Positions 17,128 to 26,643 of a DNA stretch of 34,024 nt are shown one piece after another. The position numbers and the translations under genes are program-made. Source of the stretch: Candidatus Aerophobota bacterium (GTDB lineage: Bacteria > Aerophobota > Aerophobia > Aerophobales > B3-G15); NCBI GenBank assembly GCA_021162265.1, contig JAGGZA010000044.1:1-34024 (forward strand). The letters are read 5' to 3'. The notes under the pieces are model-generated. The model had not been told where the DNA came from. It did no database searches and saw only the letters and a list, made by a program, of their open reading frames with translations. Each line of letters opens with the position of its first letter. Position 1 is the first letter of the stretch.

Positions 17128-20100
17128 TCATCGTCTCTGCTGCCCCGCAGCAAGACCGGTAAGGACGGATATCTGTTGAGATAGCCATCCACCCTGAGCC
17201 TGCATCATTCCAAGATACTGTTCCATCTGGGTGAACTCTCTCCAGAGTGCCTCCCTTTTCATATCAAGAAGGTTCTGTTGAGCATCAATTCTGTCCTGAT
17301 AGTCTTCATTTTGAGAAAGAAGACCATCCTCTATACTTGCAATAAGACCTGTGGTAGCATCTGTAATATAATCCAGGTAGTTCCTTAATCTACCACCTAT
17401 ACCTGATGCCTGGTATGCTTCAAACTCAACAACTCTGGACCACTTACCGTCATTTGAATCATTTATCTTGAGCCTTATTGCCTGAGTTGAAATTGATGGA
17501 AGATAGTGAGTTATGGTACCATCTGTATTTCCTGTAACGGTGGTATAGGTTTGCCAGTCATTGTCATCATCTGGATCACCACCCTGTGTAAGATATTGAA
17601 GCTCATAGTCCTTTATACCATAAGAAGAAGCAGGATAGGTAGTAGAATTAAGGGTATATATTATAACCTTCTTAATTGTCCTGATACTATCAAAGGTAAG
17701 AGTAAGATAATCAGGAAAATCAGATTGAGTTCCATCATTCCATCCCCCACCAGGACTTCCCCAGTTATCAGAGGATGTGTCTCCGTTGTTAACACTTTCC
17801 ACATTGTAATTAGTTGAATAAGTTGAGGATGCGCTTGCAGTTGTCCCAAAGGAAGATAAAGCTACATTTTGCGAGAGAGAGAAAAGGTCCTTCACTCCAT
17901 CAAGATTATTATTTAAAATGTCAGTCAATTCAGACTCATTAACATTGAGATGACCGGTAGTATCAGCTGTTATTCCAATCTCAAATATAGAATTCAAAGA
18001 AGCTGCACCTTCTACCGGATCAGTAAACTGTTTTACAAGCTCGTTGCGGATAGAGGTTAAATTTATATTCCCAAAAAGTGGCCCTCCTTCCTGTTTGGTA
18101 TCAGCATCATAACTTTGTTGAGTATTTATAGCATCCATAAGATCATTGTAAGCATCTATCAGGTTAATAATTGACTGTTTGATTCCTTCTACATCAGCCT
18201 CTACTCTGATATAAACATCCTGGTCAGGACAGGTGCTTAGAAGGTTAAGAGTTACTCCTGGAATAGCCTGATCCAGCTGGTTGGAATTATCTGTAATAAG
18301 AACAGAATTACCTCCTCCTTCTCCCAAAACCACCACCGCGTCTTGGGGGGTTACAGTGGTTGTAAACTCAAGGGTATCTCCACCAGAAAAATCAGGGTCA
18401 ATAATCACTCTCCCTTTTTCTCCGCCCAATTTACTGGTAATAACAAGCCTGTAAGGATTAACTCCAGTACCATCATTGATTATACTCGCATAAACTTCTG
18501 CATCGGAGTTATTTATAGCATCTCTTATACCTTCAAGCGTGGTATCTTCTGAATTAAGACTTACAGTAATCTCAAAACTACCGTCAATAACATTACTGGT
18601 CGTGCTTTGAAGAATATTAAGGTCCCTTGCTGTAGTTCCTCCAACTTCTTCTACTTTTAAAGGACTCTGGCTCTGACCCGTATTGTCGGTAATTAATATT
18701 CCGTTTCCCTGAGAGTTAATACTTGCTGTTACATCAATCCCGGATGCTGAGTTAATAGCATCTATCACATCTCCTATTGTCTCAGCATCTGAAAGATCAA
18801 CTTCAGCACTCTCTCCCGAACGATCGGTGATTCTAATTCTACCAGAATCTACTCCTTCACCTCCATTTAAAGTTTCAAGCCTTGTGCATCTGGCGATATA
18901 CTGGGGGTTAAGATCGTCGCCCTCAAGGGTATCTGAAGCAACGCTCTTTAATATTCCCAAATCTGAGGCAGCCAGGCTTCCATTAAGAGAGGTTACAACA
19001 AGATTACCCGTCCCACCAGATGTATCTGTTAGGAGTATCCCGTTGCCTTCCCTGTCATAAGAAGCATTAATAGCTGTATTTCCTGTTGCATCATTTATAA
19101 GATTTATAACCTCCTGGAGAGTTTGAGCACTGCTTATATCCACATTAAAACTTACGCCATCTCTCTGGGTTATCTGAAAATCATCCCCTGATACACAGCT
19201 GACTCCACTACCTCCGTTTAGGGTCCTGAGAAGAACAGTATTAAGATAGGGTATCACCCTATCACCCACCTTATCTCCTGCAACACCACCTGACCCTGTA
19301 TAGATGCCAAGGTCCTGGGCTGTTGTTCCTCCATTTACCTCATCAACTATAAGGTTTTGGGTTGGAGTAGCATTTAAATCATGTATAGTGATACCCCCTC
19401 CATCAGAGTTAATTTGGACTTCAACATTTGTATTGGGTCCTGCCTCAATCAAATCTTTCACATCCTGTAAGGTAGTAGCAGATGAAAGGTCTATAACATC
19501 CGTATTCCCTGCACGATCTGTTATTTGAATGGAACCCTCATCCACACCTGTTCCATCATTTAAAAGGTCAAGTCGAGTACTCCAGGTAATATAGTTTATA
19601 TCACTGCCATGAATTACACTGCTTGCAACACCACCTGACCCTGTATAGATGCCAAGGTCCTGGGCTGTTGTTCCTCCATTTACCTCATCAACTATGAAGT
19701 TTCCTGTTCCGCCTGATGTATCGGTAAGTTTTATTGCATCACCCACATTATAACCTGAATCATAGTCAATCTCTGCACTCACAGAGATAGTGGAATTATT
19801 ATTTATAGCATCAATAACATCCTGAATGGTTAAAGCACCAGTTAAATCAATTGTTGCAGAATTTCCACTTCTATCAGTTATCTTTATAGAACCTCCCTTG
19901 ATCCCGTTTTGTCCATTTATGAAAGCAAGAGGAGTCTTTTTATCAACCCACCCTCCGCCTATCTCTATTTTTATACTATCACCTGCTGATGCTACGGTGC
20001 TCTGGCTATCATGGAAGCCACGAGAGACAAGCTGATGAGTCTGACTTAAACTGTAAACTCTCAGAGGATAAACTCCTACCTGGGCAGCTCCTGTGACATT

Positions 20101-20361
20101 TGTACTGATAACATCCTCATCGCTGGAAGAAGCGCTTTTTGCCTGAAAGGTAGAAGGCTGAGATAAAATGGTAGCATAGTTTTGCATTGTTAAAAGTCTT
20201 GCATTAATGGAACCCCAGGCTGTCAATTCGGTGTTATTCTCATCTATCTTTTGCTGAAGAGAATCAATGTAAGCTCTATCTCTGGAAAGGAGAGCATCTA
20301 TAACCTGGTCCCAGCTTATGCTGGAAACAAGTCCTGTAACATATTGAGTAGGTTCGGCCAT
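17128..20361 (-). CDS. fliD: flagellar filament cap FliD, 1077 aa, with four internal repeats and an inserted discoidin-like domain
   Basis: FliD_N (VTGLVSSISWDQVIDALL), SNQLDQAIPGVTLNL, LIDAYNDL, C-terminal LWREFTQMEQYL; located between fliC and fliS. Confidence 0.9.
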   Translation of the reverse strand: MAEPTQYVTGLVSSISWDQVIDALLSRDRAYIDSLQQKIDENNTELTAWGSINARLLTMQNYATILSQPSTFQAKSASSSDEDVISTNVTGAAQVGVYPLRVYSLSQTHQLVSRGFHDSQSTVASAGDSIKIEIGGGWVDKKTPLAFINGQNGIKGGSIKITDRSGNSATIDLTGALTIQDVIDAINNNSTISVSAEIDYDSGYNVGDAIKLTDTSGGTGNFIVDEVNGGTTAQDLGIYTGSGGVASSVIHGSDINYITWSTRLDLLNDGTGVDEGSIQITDRAGNTDVIDLSSATTLQDVKDLIEAGPNTNVEVQINSDGGGITIHDLNATPTQNLIVDEVNGGTTAQDLGIYTGSGGVAGDKVGDRVIPYLNTVLLRTLNGGSGVSCVSGDDFQITQRDGVSFNVDISSAQTLQEVINLINDATGNTAINASYDREGNGILLTDTSGGTGNLVVTSLNGSLAASDLGILKSVASDTLEGDDLNPQYIARCTRLETLNGGEGVDSGRIRITDRSGESAEVDLSDAETIGDVIDAINSASGIDVTASINSQGNGILITDNTGQSQSPLKVEEVGGTTARDLNILQSTTSNVIDGSFEITVSLNSEDTTLEGIRDAINNSDAEVYASIINDGTGVNPYRLVITSKLGGEKGRVIIDPDFSGGDTLEFTTTVTPQDAVVVLGEGGGNSVLITDNSNQLDQAIPGVTLNLLSTCPDQDVYIRVEADVEGIKQSIINLIDAYNDLMDAINTQQSYDADTKQEGGPLFGNINLTSIRNELVKQFTDPVEGAASLNSIFEIGITADTTGHLNVNESELTDILNNNLDGVKDLFSLSQNVALSSFGTTASASSTYSTNYNVESVNNGDTSSDNWGSPGGGWNDGTQSDFPDYLTLTFDSIRTIKKVIIYTLNSTTYPASSYGIKDYELQYLTQGGDPDDDNDWQTYTTVTGNTDGTITHYLPSISTQAIRLKINDSNDGKWSRVVEFEAYQASGIGGRLRNYLDYITDATTGLIASIEDGLLSQNEDYQDRIDAQQNLLDMKREALWREFTQMEQYLGMMQAQGGWLSQQISVLTGLAAGQQRR
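19279..19695. repeat. 72-bp perfect direct repeat within fliD (19279-19350 and 19624-19695)
   Basis: Both copies encode IVDEVNGGTTAQDLGIYTGSGGVA with identical DNA; offset 345 bp. Confidence 0.93.
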
Positions 20362-20395
20362 AATCTACCTTCGTTGTTTCATTAAAAGGTTATAT

Positions 20396-20427
20396 AAAAA
20401 GGCCAGCTGGTCTGCACCAGCTGGCCT
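20396..20427 (-). terminator. intrinsic terminator after fliC
   Basis: Minus strand AGGCCAGCTGGT-GCAG-ACCAGCTGGCCT-TTTT, 12-bp perfect stem. Confidence 0.88.
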
Positions 20428-20436
20428 CAATCCACC

Positions 20437-21921
20437 TTACCTTAGCAGTGTCAGGACTGTCTGAGGTAAAGTGTTAGCCTGAGCCAGCATCGCTGTAGCA
20501 GCCTGTGTTAGTATTTGATTCTTGGTGAAATTCATCATCTCTCTTGCCATATCTACATCGCGGATTCGAGACTCAGATGCTTGCAGATTTTCCCTGGCAA
20601 TCCCTAAGTTGCGATAATTACTCTCAAGGACATTTGCCTGGATAGCTCCAAGTTTTGCCCTTTCGGTGGAGACATCAGAAATTGCCTGGTCTATTACCTC
20701 AATAGCTGTTTGTGGGTCGGTAGACAGATCATAAGAACCACCAGATTTAAGATCATTCAGACCATTTGTAGCTACACTTGAACCAAGCTTTGATGGTCTC
20801 ATATCGCCAAGGGACGCCTGATAAGTCTCCCCAGCGTTTCCTCCAATCTGGAAGGTAAGAGGAGCATTGTAAAGCCTAACCGCTGCAGTTAGAGTAGCAC
20901 TGTCACTATTTTGACCACTCTGGACAGTAATACTCAACCCCGCAAGAACGGAATCCTCAACACCTACGAGTGTGAGCCCATTCCCTGTAGCAGAGACAGT
21001 ACTTGTGTAAGCTGAACCTCCGCTAAGGTCAATCCTCTCATAGGTGAAAGTTCCCACGATATTTGTTCCTCTTGCATGCTGGGTTATATCTCCACTTACT
21101 ATCCAGTTCTTCTCATCATAAAGGTCTATAAGATATCCACTTCCATAATTTTGCTGGCGAAGGACAATATAACCACCTGTCCCTCCAGCATCAACCCATT
21201 CTGCTCTTATAGCAACATCATTCTCAATCAAAGCTTCGTTAATCTTGTCAATTGCGGAGTTAACTGTTACTCCACCACTTAAAGCAATACCCACTCCATT
21301 TATGTTTATAGTACTTGTAACTCCCGCTGTGCCTAAATTAGCACCACCACTTACATAAGTCACCTCACCACTTCCAAGCTCAGCTTTTGTAGCTGCTGAG
21401 GTTATGTTTACCGTAACATAAACAATCCCTTCAGCTGTCGTATCACCTATATCCACATCTGAAACATAACTCGCATTCTTTATCTCAGCTTGTTTTCCTG
21501 CTGACCCATTTAAAAGTTTCTTCCCGGCATAAGCAGTGGTTGTTGCAATTCTGTTAATAGAGTTAATGGCAGAGTCAAGTTGCTCCTGGTCAGCAGCAAT
21601 AGCTTCCGGGGTAGCAGCAGCTGTATTTGCAGCATGCAAGGCTAAACTTCTCATTGAATCAAGCAAACTGTGAATCTCAGTTAAAGCTCCCTCTGCTGTC
21701 TGAATCATTGAAATACCGTCCTGTGTATTACTCAACGCCTGGTCCATCCCCACAACCTGAGCTCTGAGATTTTCGGAAAGGACAAGACCAGCAGGGTCAT
21801 CAGCAGCACGGTTAATCCTGTAACCGCTTGAAATCTTTTCTACACTTTTACTTAACTCATTACTTACAAGGTTAAGCTGTCTCCAGGCATTTAAAGCGGT
21901 GATGTTGTGAGCAATTCTCAT
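20437..21921 (-). CDS. fliC: flagellin
   Basis: MRIAHNITALNAWRQL...ISSGYRINRAADDPAGL, QTAEGAL, ESRIRDVDMAREM, AMLAQAN..PQTVLTLLR. Confidence 0.97.
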   Translation of the reverse strand: MRIAHNITALNAWRQLNLVSNELSKSVEKISSGYRINRAADDPAGLVLSENLRAQVVGMDQALSNTQDGISMIQTAEGALTEIHSLLDSMRSLALHAANTAAATPEAIAADQEQLDSAINSINRIATTTAYAGKKLLNGSAGKQAEIKNASYVSDVDIGDTTAEGIVYVTVNITSAATKAELGSGEVTYVSGGANLGTAGVTSTININGVGIALSGGVTVNSAIDKINEALIENDVAIRAEWVDAGGTGGYIVLRQQNYGSGYLIDLYDEKNWIVSGDITQHARGTNIVGTFTYERIDLSGGSAYTSTVSATGNGLTLVGVEDSVLAGLSITVQSGQNSDSATLTAAVRLYNAPLTFQIGGNAGETYQASLGDMRPSKLGSSVATNGLNDLKSGGSYDLSTDPQTAIEVIDQAISDVSTERAKLGAIQANVLESNYRNLGIARENLQASESRIRDVDMAREMMNFTKNQILTQAATAMLAQANTLPQTVLTLLR

Positions 21922-22050
21922 ATCCTTTACCTCCTTTCTTCTTCCCCGTCCCTCGACGGGTTACTTGCTTTTCTTCACAGACACAAAGTCTGCAAATTTT
22001 TTACCCGGATAAGTCTTTGTTTTCCTCACCTCCCTCTTTTTTTGTATATA

Positions 22051-22077
22051 TTATCGGCAGGTGAGAGAAAGACTTTA
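22051..22077 (-). promoter_or_regulatory. sigma28 promoter of fliC
   Basis: Minus strand TAAAGTCT...GCCGATAA (TAAA-N15-GCCGATAA). Confidence 0.9.
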
Positions 22078-22106
22078 ACCGGTAAGGAGGTAAAGTTTAA
22101 TTTTGC

Positions 22107-22982
22107 CTATTTCCAGAAATCAATTAAAGTATACTGCATTATGCCTCTTCCAGCATAAAGCGCTGCTTCATATGCAGCCCCTGCATGCTGGAGTTCTATT
22201 ACAACCTTAATCATATCAGCATCTTCTATTGTTGATAAGAGTTTAGTAAGACCCACCATCTGATCGTTAAGCCGGGACTTAAAAATCTCCACTCTCTTCC
22301 CTCTTCCTCCAAATTCTCCTTCCCATCTGTGAATCTGACCAAGACAACGGTCAATTTTTTCTATCTGCGAAGATATTCTCTGAGTATCATTACTTGTTAG
22401 AGCTGATTCAAGATCAGACAAAACCGAGAAAACATCTTCCTCTCCTTGAAAAATATTATTTCCTGGCGTATTTATGGGTATTGTTTGTCTATCTTCAATT
22501 TGTACCCTGATTTCTCCACTATCTCCATTATAATTTCCCTCATCATCAAAGGGTCTTGTAAGTGTTTTTGTCCCGGAAAATATATACTTGCCAGCAAAAG
22601 AGGCATTGGCAAGGTTCAAAAGTTGTGTCTTTAAATTTCTCACCTCCTGAGCTGAAGCTCTGTTAGATTCAGGAGTAGCAGTTGCATTGGATTCCCTTAA
22701 AGCAATAGTTCGAGCTGAATTTAATACCTCAGAAACCTGAGTAAGTGTCTGAGTAGCAACATCAATCCATGAGGAAGCAGTTTCTGCATTTCTCAGATAC
22801 TGATCAATCTCCTGTAACTCTTTTTTAAAATTAAATATGGATGAAATACGTAAGGGGTCATCTGAAGGCTTGTTAACTTTCTTACCTGTGGAAAGTATCT
22901 TTTGCAGTTCTCCCAGGCGAGCCTTGCTATCATTTATGCTGTTTATCACCCTCTGTGCAAGCATGGCATCTGTGATACGCAT
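22107..22982 (-). CDS. flgL: hook-associated protein 3 FlgL
   Basis: MRIT..., LSTGKKVNKPSDDP, GKYIFSGTKT..PF, IEDADM...YEAAL; ATG 22982 follows GGAGG. Confidence 0.93.
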   Translation of the reverse strand: MRITDAMLAQRVINSINDSKARLGELQKILSTGKKVNKPSDDPLRISSIFNFKKELQEIDQYLRNAETASSWIDVATQTLTQVSEVLNSARTIALRESNATATPESNRASAQEVRNLKTQLLNLANASFAGKYIFSGTKTLTRPFDDEGNYNGDSGEIRVQIEDRQTIPINTPGNNIFQGEEDVFSVLSDLESALTSNDTQRISSQIEKIDRCLGQIHRWEGEFGGRGKRVEIFKSRLNDQMVGLTKLLSTIEDADMIKVVIELQHAGAAYEAALYAGRGIMQYTLIDFWK

Positions 22983-23013
22983 TTTAGCCTCCACTCTTGC
23001 TATATCTATCAGT

Positions 23014-24639
23014 TTATAATTGCGAACCTATCATCGCTTTGCCAAGAATATCTAAAAGGCTGTTTACAATCTGCAAAAAGTAAACTGCAGCTCTGTAGGC
23101 TTGCTGGAAGAGAATGATGTTAGTTGCTTCCTCATCAAGGGATACTCCGCATATACTCTGGCGACGGTTCTCAAGCTGGTCAAGGAGAGTTTTTTGATTA
23201 TCTTTCAGCCCTGAAGTTTGCTTTGTTTCTACTCCAAGGTCCGCTATTATCTTACCATAATAATCAGAAAAAGTAGAAGTCCCGTCATCCATAACAAGCC
23301 TGTCCTTAAGCGCAAAGATAGAGAGAGCATTGCTGTTATCTCCAGGTGCCCCGTTACTGGAAGCAGCAATTTTACTTAAATCTTCCTTTATGGCATCATC
23401 AACAGCAATATCTTCTGCTCCTTCTCCTTTAAAAAAATTAGATAGGATACCCAGACTCCCAAGCATAATATTATCAGGATCAGCAGTAATTCTAACTGTC
23501 TGAGGATTTGAGGAATAAGGTCTAAGTATCAGTTTATTTCCATCTTTTGTTGCTTCAACCCCGGTATTAGCTACCTCGGCATTTATCTTCGCAATAATGG
23601 CATCAAGATCATCCCCTGCAGCTACCTGAATGTTAACCCCGTTAATTCCAAAACTACCATTGGTATCCAGGGTACCGGTAAAATCCTTCCACCCTCTTAT
23701 CTGGTTTGTTCCATCAAGTCCCATTCCCTGGCTATGAATAGCGTTAACCTCATCTATCAAAGTAGAAGCAAGGGCATCAAGTTGCTCGAGAAAAGCCGGG
23801 ATAATATTATCTCTTATTTCAATAAGTCCTTTTAATTTTCCATTAGTTATAACCACTTTCTCCCCGCTATCCCTCCATTTAACATCCAGAAAACCATTTT
23901 CTCCTGCCTCGGCTAAAAAAGGGGAAACTGTTCCCTTGCTAACTAAAAGCTGCCCATAAACACTCACTCTTAAAGTATTGTCTCTCATTTCCTGATATTT
24001 GAAATTAATAAGCTGCGAAAGCTCATCTAAAAGCAGGTCGCGTTTGTCTCTTAAATCATTAGCCTGAGCTCTTCCTCCAAGCTCTACTTTTTCTATCTCC
24101 TCGTTAAGATGAGCTATCTGTCCAATTATACTATTTAAATGGTCAACTTCTGTCTTTATCTCTTCATCGATTTTAGTCTGAAGGTTTCTGAGATTTTGAT
24201 AAAGACTTCTAAAAGCCTCACATAGAGCCTCACCCTGCTCTTTTACATTGGCCCTTGCTGCTCCGCTCTCAGGATTATTAGCAAGGTCTGACCAGCTATC
24301 CCAGAAATCGTTCATTATTTTTCCAATGCTATTGTCTGATGGTTCATTAAAAAGAATTTCCAGCTCTTCAAGGATTTCAAGTTTAGCTTTCCACCTGCTT
24401 AGCGTGGGATTTTCCTCGCGGATATAAAAATCAACCACCTCATCCCTCAATCTTTCAACTTTCTCTACCTTAACACCTGTTCCCATAGAGCCCTGGGGTA
24501 AGGTAGTGGCGAGGATAGCTCTCTGGCGAGAAAAACCGGGTGTATTTACATTAGCAATGTTATGACCTATTACATGAAGAGCCTGACGTTGGGTTCTTAC
24601 CGCTCTTATTCCAATCTCGAGAGATCTGAGCGCTTCCAT
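23014..24639 (-). CDS. flgK: hook-associated protein 1 FlgK
   Basis: GHNIANVNTPGFSRQ, ANDLRDKRD, GDNSNAL, GVSLDEEA. Confidence 0.95.
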   Translation of the reverse strand: MEALRSLEIGIRAVRTQRQALHVIGHNIANVNTPGFSRQRAILATTLPQGSMGTGVKVEKVERLRDEVVDFYIREENPTLSRWKAKLEILEELEILFNEPSDNSIGKIMNDFWDSWSDLANNPESGAARANVKEQGEALCEAFRSLYQNLRNLQTKIDEEIKTEVDHLNSIIGQIAHLNEEIEKVELGGRAQANDLRDKRDLLLDELSQLINFKYQEMRDNTLRVSVYGQLLVSKGTVSPFLAEAGENGFLDVKWRDSGEKVVITNGKLKGLIEIRDNIIPAFLEQLDALASTLIDEVNAIHSQGMGLDGTNQIRGWKDFTGTLDTNGSFGINGVNIQVAAGDDLDAIIAKINAEVANTGVEATKDGNKLILRPYSSNPQTVRITADPDNIMLGSLGILSNFFKGEGAEDIAVDDAIKEDLSKIAASSNGAPGDNSNALSIFALKDRLVMDDGTSTFSDYYGKIIADLGVETKQTSGLKDNQKTLLDQLENRRQSICGVSLDEEATNIILFQQAYRAAVYFLQIVNSLLDILGKAMIGSQL

Positions 24640-24657
24640 TGTTATTCCTTAATTCTC

Positions 24658-25155
24658 TTAGCTTATCTTATTTAAAAGTTTCCTTGTCTGTTCCTGGATG
24701 TGAGCTTTACCTTTTAGATTATAAGTGGGAGTGGATTTTGTCCCCGTTAACCTGTGGAAATACTCATTAATTATCTTTATAGAATACTCAAGAAGAGAGA
24801 TATTTCTGCGGTTAATCCGATTAATCTCAGCAATTTTTGATATTATCTTTTTACGAAGACTCTCCACGTGAAAATAAGGCAAATTCTTCTCCTTCATCTC
24901 CACTATGAGACTTGAAAAAGTGACATTCTGAGGAAGAGATAGTTTATCTTTCATAATCTTGACAATATTCATCCTCAGTTTTTCCCATATTTTCATCTGA
25001 GTGAATATCTTTTCCTCTTCTTCCACAACCTCTTCAAGCTTTTTTAAATCACCTTCTATTATGGCTTTTTCCTCTCTTTTGCAGAGCTTGCTTAAAACCT
25101 CATAGAGATAAAGTTGTTTCTTTAAAACTTTAACTAATTTATTTATTTCCTCCAT
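24658..25155 (-). CDS. flgN: FlgN chaperone
   Basis: Helical, about 165 aa, with INRINRRNISLL and TYNLKG; directly before flgK. Confidence 0.8.
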   Translation of the reverse strand: MEEINKLVKVLKKQLYLYEVLSKLCKREEKAIIEGDLKKLEEVVEEEEKIFTQMKIWEKLRMNIVKIMKDKLSLPQNVTFSSLIVEMKEKNLPYFHVESLRKKIISKIAEINRINRRNISLLEYSIKIINEYFHRLTGTKSTPTYNLKGKAHIQEQTRKLLNKIS

Positions 25156-25510
25156 TTTCTCCTCCACTTTTTCCTTTAATTCTATTCTTTAGCTGATTGA
25201 AAAGTATCTTTGCAAGACCTAAACCTCCTGCCTCAGCTACTTTCTCTGCGATGGTATCGTAAAACTCCTCCTCGTAAATTTTACTACTAAACTCCTCCTT
25301 TAAGAAACCAGATTCAGGTATAGTCTTCTTCATCTGACGAAAAAGATAGCTTAAAAAGATAGCCTCAAACTGTGAGCAAACCTTTTTAAGATTCTCTTCA
25401 CCGTCCAGATTTTTTTCTCTCTCTATTAACCTCAAGGAGTAAACATTCTCCGCAATCCTGTAGTGGTTAATCTTTTCATTTAAAGCTGGTAAAAAATGAG
25501 AGTGAAGCAC
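25139..25510 (-). CDS. flgJ: short FlgJ (rod-binding domain only)
   Basis: LKKVCSQFEAIFL..LFRQMKKT, GLGLAKILFNQL; no muramidase domain. Confidence 0.85.
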   Translation of the reverse strand: MLHSHFLPALNEKINHYRIAENVYSLRLIEREKNLDGEENLKKVCSQFEAIFLSYLFRQMKKTIPESGFLKEEFSSKIYEEEFYDTIAEKVAEAGGLGLAKILFNQLKNRIKGKSGGENGGNK

Positions 25511-25524
25511 AATTACCTCCTTTT

Positions 25525-26631
25525 CTACATTATTACAAGTTCTGCCTGTAAAGCTCCTGCCTCTTTCAATGCCTGGAATATGGCAATCATGTCTCTGGGA
25601 GTTACTCCCAGAGCATTAAGAGACTTCACAAGCTCCTCAACAGTTGTACCTTCTAAGACCGCAATCCTACCCTTTTGCTCCTCAGCCTTCACCTTCTTTT
25701 GCTCCTCAACTTTTGTTTCTCCCTGGGAAAAAGGAGGAGGTTGAGAAATAATGGGAGTAGTCTCAATAGTTACAAGCAAACCACCATGAGCAACAGCTAC
25801 AGGGGAGATTCTAACATCACTACCCACAACTATAGTTCCCGTTCTTTCATTAATCACAACCCTTGCTACACTCTCTGGAATAATGGTAAGGTCCTGAACA
25901 GTGGAAATAAATCCTGCTAATTTCTCACCCTGTGAATCCTCAGGAATTTTAACTTTAACCAAACTGGCATCAACAGCAGTAGCAAGCTTCTTAGAAAAAT
26001 TCTTGTTTATTGCCTCACAAATGCGAGTAGCAGTAGTAAAATCAGGATGGGAAAGAACAAAGTTAATTTCCTCCTCGGGAATGTCAGCCACAGGAGATCT
26101 CTGTACTATTCCACCTGCAGGTATTCTCCCAACTGTGGGGTGATTTTTACGGGAGCTTGTTCCCCCCGCCTCTACATTAAACCCACCTATTGAAACAGGA
26201 CCCTGAGCCACAGCATAAACTTTCCCATCCATACTCTGAAGGGGTGTAAGAAGCAAAGTCCCTCCCTCAAGACTTGTAGCATTACCCAGGGAAGACACCA
26301 TCACATCTATCCTGCTCCCCGGTCTATTAAACACGGAAACCTTTGATGTAACGATAACAGCTGCACAGTTTTTCACACTGAGCTTTTCAGGATCTACAGC
26401 AATGCCCATGTTTTGAAGCATATTGCTTATAGACTGGACGGTAAAAACAGCACCCCTTTTATCACCTGTTCCATTTAAACCTACAACAAGCCCATAACCA
26501 AAGAGTTGAATTTCCTTTACATCCTGAAGTCGGGTGAGATCCTTTATCCTCACCTCAATCTCGGTTGCAAAGCTAACAGATGAAACGATAAATAAAACTA
26601 TACAGAGAAAAATCCCGGTGAATTTCTTCAT
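25525..26631 (-). CDS. flgI: flagellar P-ring protein
   Basis: RIKDL, GYGLVVGLNGTGD, SLEGGTLL.TPL, INERTGTIV, LKEAGALQAEL. Confidence 0.96.
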   Translation of the reverse strand: MKKFTGIFLCIVLFIVSSVSFATEIEVRIKDLTRLQDVKEIQLFGYGLVVGLNGTGDKRGAVFTVQSISNMLQNMGIAVDPEKLSVKNCAAVIVTSKVSVFNRPGSRIDVMVSSLGNATSLEGGTLLLTPLQSMDGKVYAVAQGPVSIGGFNVEAGGTSSRKNHPTVGRIPAGGIVQRSPVADIPEEEINFVLSHPDFTTATRICEAINKNFSKKLATAVDASLVKVKIPEDSQGEKLAGFISTVQDLTIIPESVARVVINERTGTIVVGSDVRISPVAVAHGGLLVTIETTPIISQPPPFSQGETKVEEQKKVKAEEQKGRIAVLEGTTVEELVKSLNALGVTPRDMIAIFQALKEAGALQAELVIM

Positions 26632-26643
26632 CTTTTTACCTCT

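Noticed and set aside
21907-22158. 83-aa plus-strand ORF over the fliC leader
   Set aside because: The region is explained by the sigma28 promoter and 5' UTR of fliC
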